Source: Gemmatimonadota bacterium
GTDB lineage: Bacteria > Gemmatimonadota > Gemmatimonadetes > Longimicrobiales > Gaopeijiaceae
Length of the DNA: 36,526 bases
NCBI GenBank assembly: GCA_012959595.1
Contig: DUCW01000183.1
Span: forward strand, 37,272-73,797
Direction: 5' to 3'
Below, piece by piece: positions 30,037-36,526 of the stretch. The position numbers and the translations under genes are program-made. The notes beneath the pieces were generated by a model. The model ran no database searches, was not told the DNA's origin, and saw only the letters and a list, made by a program, of their open reading frames with translations. How positions within the stretch are numbered: the first letter of the stretch is position 1; each line of letters starts with the position of its first letter.

Positions 30037-31014
30037 TTAGTCATCCAGGATGTAGCTAAAAACCAAGGGTGCTACTATGGACGCATCCGAATTAATCGAG
30101 AAATAAGGAGTGGTTTTAGTAATCTTTCCCCAGGTAATTTTCTCCTCTGGAAGAGCTCCAGAATAACCCCCATATGAAGGTATCGAATCGGTAATTTGGG
30201 CGAAGTATCCCCATGTAGGGACGGGCTCTTTAAGATCTTGGAGAAGACAGGGTACAGCACAAATAGCAAAATCTCCAGCGATACCCCCACCAATTTGAAA
30301 CAAGCCCACAGGAAAATGCGGCTGATTCCCGATCGTACGTTCAATATACCATTCCAATAAATGTTGAAACTGTTCGGTCCCAGACTTGACGCATGAGTGG
30401 TTATTCACCCGTCCCTTAACAATGTTGGCAACGAAAATATTCCCCATAGTAGAGTCTTCCCATCCTGGTGTGTAAACAGGGATTCCCGCCTCCATAGCTG
30501 CCAACACCCAAGAATCCTTAGGATTGATTTGGTAGTCATCAATCATCCCTGGGGTCTGCAATGCCTGGAAAAGAAATTCCGAAGGAAATTTCCTTTTTCC
30601 TGACTCACATGCACTTTGCCAAAGGCCTACCAACACATCTTCTAGATTCCTCATGACGTCTTCGGGGATACAGGTATCCGTTACCCGATTCATCCCCCTA
30701 TTGTACAATCTCTCTTCTTCTTCTGGACTAAGCCTTCTCCAGTTATCAATGACCTCATAATCCTCATGGGCCATCAAGTTGAAAATATCCTCTTCCAGGT
30801 TAGCACCTGTGCACGAGATGGCATGAACTTTTTTCTCTCTTATCATCCGTGCAAGGCTGATCCCTAGTTCTCCTGTGGACATCGCCCCTGCCAGGGTCAC
30901 CAGCATTTGTCCGCCTCGATCCAGATGACCACAATAGGCCTTTGCAGCCAAACGCGTCTCCTTGGCATTAAAATGCAAGTAGTGACGTCTCATAAACTGG
31001 CGAATATGTCCCAT
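30037..31014 (-). CDS. deoxyhypusine synthase family protein (bacterial DHS-like / homospermidine-synthase-like)
   Basis: 325 aa. LVTLAGAMSTGELGISLARMIREKKVHAISCTGANLEEDIFNL ... TPGWEDSTMGNIF ... GGGIAGDF resembles the DHS family. An AAGGA RBS precedes it, and it starts 10 nt after the upstream stop. Confidence 0.78.
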   Translation of the reverse strand: MGHIRQFMRRHYLHFNAKETRLAAKAYCGHLDRGGQMLVTLAGAMSTGELGISLARMIREKKVHAISCTGANLEEDIFNLMAHEDYEVIDNWRRLSPEEEERLYNRGMNRVTDTCIPEDVMRNLEDVLVGLWQSACESGKRKFPSEFLFQALQTPGMIDDYQINPKDSWVLAAMEAGIPVYTPGWEDSTMGNIFVANIVKGRVNNHSCVKSGTEQFQHLLEWYIERTIGNQPHFPVGLFQIGGGIAGDFAICAVPCLLQDLKEPVPTWGYFAQITDSIPSYGGYSGALPEEKITWGKITKTTPYFSINSDASIVAPLVFSYILDD

Positions 31015-31024
31015 GCCAAGTCCT

Positions 31025-32557
31025 TTAATTCCTAGTTATAACCTTACCAGCCATGACCCCGGTGAACTGGCCACCTGATACGGCGGCTTCTCCGCCCACG
31101 AAAACTTCTACCATGCCTTCGGCCAACTGATGAGGATTCGTAAAAGTTGCGGGATCGTTTATTCTCGATAAATCAAAAACCAGTAAGTCCGCATACGATC
31201 CAACTCGAAGGATACCTCTGTCTTCAATGCGGAAAACCTGTGCGGGCAAACCAGTCATGCTGTTGACTGCTTGGCCAAAGCTCAGCAATTCTTCTTCTAA
31301 AACATATTTTCGAATTTTTCTTGGAAAAGCTCCATACGACCTTGGATGTGGAACCCCTTGCATCCAAGGAACCAAACCTCCATCGGAAGAAGTCATGGTC
31401 CATGGCTGAACCATCAGAGTTTCTAGATCTCCCCTAAACATGTTGAATGAGATTATGCTCGCGCCTCCCTTTCGGATCACATCAAGAGCTACTTCAAGTG
31501 CCGAATCGCCTCGTTCTTCTGCCACATCTGAAAGCAACTTCCCCTCTATCGACTCATCAAATACCACTCTTCTGAATTGTATGCGGTCGGCTCCGCCTCT
31601 CCGAGCCAAATTGTTACTCATCGCTACCCTAATATCTTCCCTCACTCCTGGACGATCCAATCGATTTAAAAGTGAGTCGGCCCCACCTGACTGAGCCCAG
31701 CGTGGGAGCAGGGCGGCAGAAAGTCCTGTTGATGAGCCCAAGTAAGGATACTGATCAGCATAGATTTCTAAGCCTTCCTCTCTAGCGGCCTCCACTTTTC
31801 TGACAATTGCAGCACCGTAGCCCCAAACTGGCGGGCCTAACGCTTTGACATGAGTGACCACTGCCGTAAGTCCCGCATTCCTGGCCACGTCGATCACCTC
31901 TTCTACTGCTGAGATTAAACCAACTGTATAATTCGATTCGTCACGAATGTGACTCGTGTATACTCCATTATATCTTGCAACGACCTTGGCCATTCCCACT
32001 ATTTCAGAAGCCTTAGAATAACTCCCTGGCACATAGAAAGTTCCTGTAGAAAATCCAAACGCCCCCTCCTCCATACCACGTTCAACCAAGTCCAGCATCT
32101 GCAACATCTCAGAATTGGTCGGACCCCTGTCTTGGGCTCCCATGACCAAACTCCGTATAGAACCATGTGGCACTAACTGAATCACATTGACTCCGATACC
32201 ATGTTCCATCAGTTGTTCTTTTTGACTCTTCAGATCAACCATTCCTCCACCATCTGGATTAATAAAGACTGTGGTTACTCCCTGAGCCAAAAGCGGCCTT
32301 CCTGAGCTTAGGGTTTCCGAACTCAACCCTGGACCCGCGTGGGAATGAGTGTCTATGAATCCAGGCGTCACATAAAGACCCGTAGCATCCAGTTCTCGTT
32401 TCCCGACTGCATCCCCCAAGTCTCCCAGACCAGATACTCTATCGCCTAAAATACCAACGTCCCCCTTAAACCATGGGTTACCAGTTCCATCAACTATGCG
32501 ACCATTCCGGATAATCACATCGTAGGACTGAGATACTGCAGTTCCAGAACTAACCAC
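31025..32557 (-). CDS. N-acyl-D-amino-acid deacylase (D-aminoacylase) family amidohydrolase
   Basis: YDVIIRNGRIVDGTGNPWFKGDVGILGDRV ... GFIDTHSH ... fits the amidohydrolase fold. As annotated it starts at a GTG inside what looks like a signal peptide (see findings). Confidence 0.8.
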   Translation of the reverse strand: MVSSGTAVSQSYDVIIRNGRIVDGTGNPWFKGDVGILGDRVSGLGDLGDAVGKRELDATGLYVTPGFIDTHSHAGPGLSSETLSSGRPLLAQGVTTVFINPDGGGMVDLKSQKEQLMEHGIGVNVIQLVPHGSIRSLVMGAQDRGPTNSEMLQMLDLVERGMEEGAFGFSTGTFYVPGSYSKASEIVGMAKVVARYNGVYTSHIRDESNYTVGLISAVEEVIDVARNAGLTAVVTHVKALGPPVWGYGAAIVRKVEAAREEGLEIYADQYPYLGSSTGLSAALLPRWAQSGGADSLLNRLDRPGVREDIRVAMSNNLARRGGADRIQFRRVVFDESIEGKLLSDVAEERGDSALEVALDVIRKGGASIISFNMFRGDLETLMVQPWTMTSSDGGLVPWMQGVPHPRSYGAFPRKIRKYVLEEELLSFGQAVNSMTGLPAQVFRIEDRGILRVGSYADLLVFDLSRINDPATFTNPHQLAEGMVEVFVGGEAAVSGGQFTGVMAGKVITRN

Positions 32558-32804
32558 AAGAAAAAAGATGGCTACGAATAATCACCTTAAAATTAAAGAC
32601 CATTTTTTCTCCTTATGAGCACAAGTTTCGTTTCACTCTGTCTTCATGTTGGCTTATCTGGGTAGCAAAGACCTCAAACAGAACTACCCTAACTACTAAT
32701 CCACTACAACTCCGGTCCTCTCCTCTCAGCTTTTCGACTGTTGCTCGAATCGAATAGCCAACGCATGATGAAACGCTGACAGTCAAATCAACCAGATAGT
32801 TTTG

Positions 32805-33857
32805 ATGAAAACATTCCTTACGCTAGAAACAGGTGCCACTCAGTTAAATGCTGGTTTTGAACAATCTAAGAACATCCTGGCAGATTCGTCAGATGTACTA
32901 ACTATAAAACCCAACACACTGAGCGAACTAGAAAAACTACAAGCCGTCTTAGGGTGGCTAACGGTAGGAAATTACCCACTGGCTCGCTCAGGCTTGGACT
33001 CCTTGATCAACAAACCAGCATTCGGCTGGGCCTGTGGTTCTTATGTTGCGTGGACAGGCGATGACTATATCCTGAGCGAACTGGCTGACCCAATCAAATT
33101 CTGGAAAAACGAGCTGACCAAAGATAGGTCGCCTCCAAGCGTTTATGAAAAAATGGGATTCCGTGCTTTAGCGGGAGCCTACCATGGCCGCCGAGACACT
33201 AGCTCCGCTCAAGATTTTGAAAGATGTTTGACCGCTAAAGACAAACAATACTCCCATAATAGGTTCGAACGCCAACAGATTGATCGCTTCCTTGCAATAC
33301 CCCCACTGCCTGACACTCCAGAGCACCTAGCAATGATACTAGGTCTAACATGGCAGGAGGACATCAATCTCACTGCCGACCAGGTCTATCTAGTTTGGCA
33401 GCGACTCAACACACTATACTCTGATTCGAACGCCAACGAGCCTGGAAAATTTAGTAATCAGCTAATCTTAGCTTCGCTCATAACCTCCTGCTTCCTCCTT
33501 GGGATAGTGGGCACACTACCCGACGCATCTTCTGGGCGCGTCACTTTAGAGCCGAGCATCCCTGACAATTTGAACTACTTCGACCTTAGAAACCTGCGAA
33601 TGGGATTAGATGCAGTTGACTTACTATACGTAGAAGAAGGTGGACAGCGTACCTTTGTGATAGAACAGACCAAGGGACGCGTCCCTTTAAATCTCATATT
33701 GAAACCCAATCTTTCGGGAACTGAGATCGATCGAATCTATATTAATGGAAACAAAGCAAAGCTAGAGTGGTGGGCTGATCCCAAAATTGGGCGAGTGTTC
33801 ACCCAGGTGCAATTGTATCTGGATCAGAAGCAAACTGTGACAGTAGTTCCAGCATAA
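32805..33857 (+). CDS. hypothetical protein (C-terminal part faintly resembles the end of (alpha/alpha)6-barrel glycoside hydrolases)
   Basis: A 350-aa ORF with ATG at 32805 and an in-frame TTG at 32802. GIVGTLPDASSGRVTLEPSIPDNL ... followed by beta strands is reminiscent of a GH barrel plus C-terminal sandwich. I see no catalytic motif. Confidence 0.5.
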   Translation: MKTFLTLETGATQLNAGFEQSKNILADSSDVLTIKPNTLSELEKLQAVLGWLTVGNYPLARSGLDSLINKPAFGWACGSYVAWTGDDYILSELADPIKFWKNELTKDRSPPSVYEKMGFRALAGAYHGRRDTSSAQDFERCLTAKDKQYSHNRFERQQIDRFLAIPPLPDTPEHLAMILGLTWQEDINLTADQVYLVWQRLNTLYSDSNANEPGKFSNQLILASLITSCFLLGIVGTLPDASSGRVTLEPSIPDNLNYFDLRNLRMGLDAVDLLYVEEGGQRTFVIEQTKGRVPLNLILKPNLSGTEIDRIYINGNKAKLEWWADPKIGRVFTQVQLYLDQKQTVTVVPA

Positions 33858-33892
33858 AACAAGAGTGTGTGGTACGATCCGAGGGGGGGGTC

Positions 33893-34198
33893 TTAAAGAC
33901 CTTCTGGGGTTCCGTAACCACCTTCTGCGAGCAACTGTCTCAGCAGTTTTTCTCTCTTTGGAAGATCCGTTTTCGCTATCTCCCGGGCAAGAGCTATACG
34001 ATCTTCATCGGAAACTTCATCTAAGAGATTAATAGGAGCACCGTAGCGTAAAAGAATTCGCTTGGCGTCGACAGCAACAGAATCAGACACAAAACCTCCC
34101 GATGCAAGTGGGGATCTCCCTGAATACCAGGGCCAAGAAAGATAACTGGATCTATAAAAACACCAAGAGTTAGATTCCTCGGCTATCTTTTTTATCAA
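33893..34198 (-). CDS. hypothetical small protein
   Basis: The ORF has a TTG start 23 nt downstream of apaG. The Trp-rich N-terminal 36 codons look doubtful. An in-frame GTG at 34090 has GGAGG 4 nt upstream and would give a 65-aa helical acidic protein (SDSVAVDAKRILLRYGAPINLLDEV...). Confidence 0.4.
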   Translation of the reverse strand: MIKKIAEESNSWCFYRSSYLSWPWYSGRSPLASGGFVSDSVAVDAKRILLRYGAPINLLDEVSDEDRIALAREIAKTDLPKREKLLRQLLAEGGYGTPEGL

Positions 34199-34221
34199 TC
34201 AAACTCCTCAGAGGTTTGAAT

Positions 34222-34635
34222 TCAATTCAAAACACCTGAAAAATTTATACCGTTACCAGCCCAGGGAGCTCTCAGATCGAAGCGAGGAACCATCACCTTA
34301 AATTCTCGGCCCCCTGAATCAACAAAGATATAGTAACCTTCCATGGATCCAGTAGGAGAACTCAGAACGCAAAAACTTTGGTATTGATGGGAATACCCTG
34401 GATCAAGTGTAGGTTGCTCCCCTACAACCCCTTCACCATCAACTTCAGAGTCCTCACCATCGGCATCATGTATCAACCAGTGACGAAATAACAGTTGAAC
34501 ACTTTCATCACCTTGGTTCTCCATTTCTACCGAATAGGTGAAAACGAATTTATTTTGTCTGGGGTTTGAGTGTAAGACTGAGAAGTCTGGCCGAACTGAA
34601 ATTCGGATCCCCTCTGTAATTTCTTCATAAGACAT
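34222..34635 (-). CDS. apaG: ApaG (DUF525) protein
   Basis: EGIRISVRPDF ... NKFVFTYSVEMENQGDESVQLLFRHWLIHDADGE ... GEGVVGEQPTLDPG ... SMEGYY ... F.V.VPRF matches the ApaG pattern. Confidence 0.85.
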   Translation of the reverse strand: MSYEEITEGIRISVRPDFSVLHSNPRQNKFVFTYSVEMENQGDESVQLLFRHWLIHDADGEDSEVDGEGVVGEQPTLDPGYSHQYQSFCVLSSPTGSMEGYYIFVDSGGREFKVMVPRFDLRAPWAGNGINFSGVLN

Positions 34636-34742
34636 AATGGGATGATATTGTCTAAAAAAGTTTTGTCAATATTACATACTAGTACTAGACCAGATTGCGA
34701 TATAGCCCTTTCCAGCTAACACTTCAAGATCCATCTTTACGC

Positions 34743-35429
34743 ATGGATGATATTGTAAAGATTCAATTGTCTCCTTCAGTAGAAGATTACTTGAAAGGGA
34801 TCTATACTCTGACAGAACGGGGCGGCCCAGCTTCAACTAGTGCACTTGCTCAAACCCTAGGCGTACAACCTGCATCCATCACTGGTATGATCAAACGTCT
34901 GGCCAGTCTGGGATATGTTGAGCATCTTCCCTACAAAGGTGTACAGCTCACTGAAAATGGCTCGATAGAAGCCCTCAGGATACTCCGGAGACATCGTATA
35001 CTAGAGACTTACCTCCAACAACAGTTAGACTACACCTGGAGTGAAGTACACCAGGAAGCGGAGCTATTGGAGCATGCGGTTTCGGAAAAACTGATTTCTC
35101 GGATGGCAAACGTTCTAAACGATCCTACCCACGACCCTCACGGTGCACCCATCCCGACAGAATCCGGAGACATCCCTGAAGCCCACCTGCTCACGCTTCT
35201 TGATGCCCGACCCAATGATTTGGTGCAAATCGAAGCAGTACAGGATGAAGACCCCATCAAACTCCAGTACTTGGAAGAATCAGGACTAACCCCAGGAACC
35301 CGGGCAACGATTGTAAAAAGAAACTCCTTTGATGGACTAACAAGCCTGACGGTGGTAGGCAGTAGCCAGCTCACGCCAGTAAGTCACGAGCTGGCTAGAG
35401 ACATCTTCGTTAGCAAGGTTCAAGACTGA
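34743..35429 (+). CDS. DtxR/MntR-family metal-dependent transcriptional repressor with C-terminal FeoA/SH3-like domain
   Basis: The wHTH and dimerisation region reads SVEDYLKGIYTLTERGGPASTSALAQTLGVQPASITGMIKRLASLGYVEHLPYKGVQLTENG ... RHRILETYL ... HQEAELLEH ... DPHGAPIP. I prefer the ATG at 34743. The track ORF starts at a TTG at 34695. Confidence 0.82.
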   Translation: MDDIVKIQLSPSVEDYLKGIYTLTERGGPASTSALAQTLGVQPASITGMIKRLASLGYVEHLPYKGVQLTENGSIEALRILRRHRILETYLQQQLDYTWSEVHQEAELLEHAVSEKLISRMANVLNDPTHDPHGAPIPTESGDIPEAHLLTLLDARPNDLVQIEAVQDEDPIKLQYLEESGLTPGTRATIVKRNSFDGLTSLTVVGSSQLTPVSHELARDIFVSKVQD

Positions 35430-35445
35430 AAATATTAAGCCCTTA

Positions 35446-36526
35446 TCAAGGCTGAATTATAGCCTTAGTAACCTTCAATTCTTCCACATTTTTCAAAGCT
35501 TCCCCCGCAGCGGTCAACGGGTACCTAGAGCCAATTACACTTGCAAAAGGCAATCGTCCACGGTGTTTAGATAAAAGCTGTAGTGCTCCAACTAAATGGT
35601 GAAATTCCGTTCCCCACTGACCCTTTATTAGAGCATGTTTCCGATTGATATCTGAATGCGGGTTCAACTTAACCTCTCCAGCATCGGTGTAGTGTCCAGC
35701 CACTACATACGTTCCGCCATCCCGGATCATTTCCAACCCTTGCGAGACAGCTACAGGATTGCCTGAAGCTTCAATGACCACATCAGCACCACGGCCTGCT
35801 GTTAAGCACTTAACCTCCTCAAAAAGAGCTTCTTGATCCAAGGCTGACAAATCCAAAACCACATCAGCACCTAATGTTTCACCTAAAGCCAATCGAGCCT
35901 CTGGTTCTCCAATCAAAATAACTCTGCCTGCTCCTCTAAGATTAGCGAAGGCTGCTGCTGACAAACCAACTGGGCCACACCCTTGTACCACAACAGTATC
36001 GCCCATTATCAGTGCAGACCGACTAACAGCCGCAAAACCAGTGAACAGTCCACAGCCTCCCCCAATTACATCTTCTGCCGTAAGCCCTTCAGGAAGTTTT
36101 AGAATGTGCACACCTGGTTGTAAATATATTTGTTCTGCCCAACCTCCAAACAAGCCGTCTTCAGCACCGTAAGTAATACCATATACTTTTCTGCTCGGGC
36201 AACGATTAGGTTGCTTCTTAAGTAGACAATGGTAACAAGATCCGCAGACCTCATGAACATCCAAGAAAGTCACCAAGTCACCCTTACAAATAGGTGTCCC
36301 TATCGCATCTCTGTCGACTTTATAGGATTCAATAATTCTCCCAACACTCACATGACCTGGTATTATGGGGTAAGGTACTCCAGCTAGTTTCCCTTTATAT
36401 AAATGAACGTCTGTCCCACAAACCTCACTAGCTACAGTCTCCAACAATACACCACCCGAATGAATTTCGGGATCGGGTAGCGACCAAATCTCTATAGGAG
36501 CTTCAGGTGCCACCATTACTGCGGCT
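35446..36526 (-). CDS. zinc-dependent alcohol/polyol dehydrogenase (MDR family); 5' end probably just beyond the window
   Basis: It has the catalytic-zinc context EVCGTDVHLY ... PGHVSVGRI, the structural zinc loop CGSCYHCLLKKQPNRC, and the Rossmann motif VQGCGPVGL. The frame stays open upstream of the ATG at 36516 (..AAVMVAPE), which looks like the usual M(K/R)AAV N-terminus. Confidence 0.85.
   Translation of the reverse strand, partial: AAVMVAPEAPIEIWSLPDPEIHSGGVLLETVASEVCGTDVHLYKGKLAGVPYPIIPGHVSVGRIIESYKVDRDAIGTPICKGDLVTFLDVHEVCGSCYHCLLKKQPNRCPSRKVYGITYGAEDGLFGGWAEQIYLQPGVHILKLPEGLTAEDVIGGGCGLFTGFAAVSRSALIMGDTVVVQGCGPVGLSAAAFANLRGAGRVILIGEPEARLALGETLGADVVLDLSALDQEALFEEVKCLTAGRGADVVIEASGNPVAVSQGLEMIRDGGTYVVAGHYTDAGEVKLNPHSDINRKHALIKGQWGTEFHHLVGALQLLSKHRGRLPFASVIGSRYPLTAAGEALKNVEELKVTKAIIQP

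Noticed and set aside
32604-32804. Short signal-peptide-like mini-ORFs (e.g. MSTSFVSLCLHVGLSG*) upstream of the 350-aa hypothetical gene, hinting at a decayed N-terminal region.
   Set aside because: The fragments are under 20 codons, lie in different frames and have no RBS. This is not distinguishable from random sequence by eye.
33883-33890. A G8 homopolymer followed by the small hairpin GGTCT-TAA-AGACC between convergent genes.
   Set aside because: It is intergenic, so it cannot phase-vary a coding frame. The hairpin is too short and lacks a T-tract for a confident terminator call.

Overview
This 36.5-kb window looks like ordinary chromosomal DNA. I count about 37 tightly packed protein-coding genes, most on the minus strand. 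All calls rest on reading the supplied translations, plus my own reverse-complement translation of 1..2047. No database search was possible.

Recognisable core genes are recF-DUF721-gyrB (without dnaA or dnaN), ssb, rpsU, rlmN, typA/bipA, and hemQ followed by ctaB. There are two transporters (DAACS/GltP-type and LctP-type). There is also a co-directional envelope gene string: PorX-like regulator, LpxL-like acyltransferase, GT2 glycosyltransferase, DUF3108 protein and ICMT-like methyltransferase. Assorted enzymes include an enoyl-CoA hydratase, an orphan HyuB, a DmpA-like peptidase, a D-aminoacylase, a deoxyhypusine-synthase-like protein and a zinc-dependent dehydrogenase. A PorX-like regulator together with LpxL-like, TonB-like and DUF3108 genes suggests a diderm bacterium of the FCB group, perhaps an uncultured marine lineage. 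That is inference only.

I found no rRNA, tRNA, CRISPR array, transposase, integrase or phage genes, and no compositional island obvious by eye.

I do not see a convincing novel multi-gene system. The least explained stretch is about 10.98-15.25 kb. It holds six uncharacterised ORFs around rpsU, a 497-bp AT-rich non-coding gap and a divergent pair of unknown proteins.

Two genes look frameshifted. The PorX-like regulator is split at its PglZ entry motif. The D-aminoacylase loses a predicted signal peptide at a T6 run. These may be real lesions or assembly errors.
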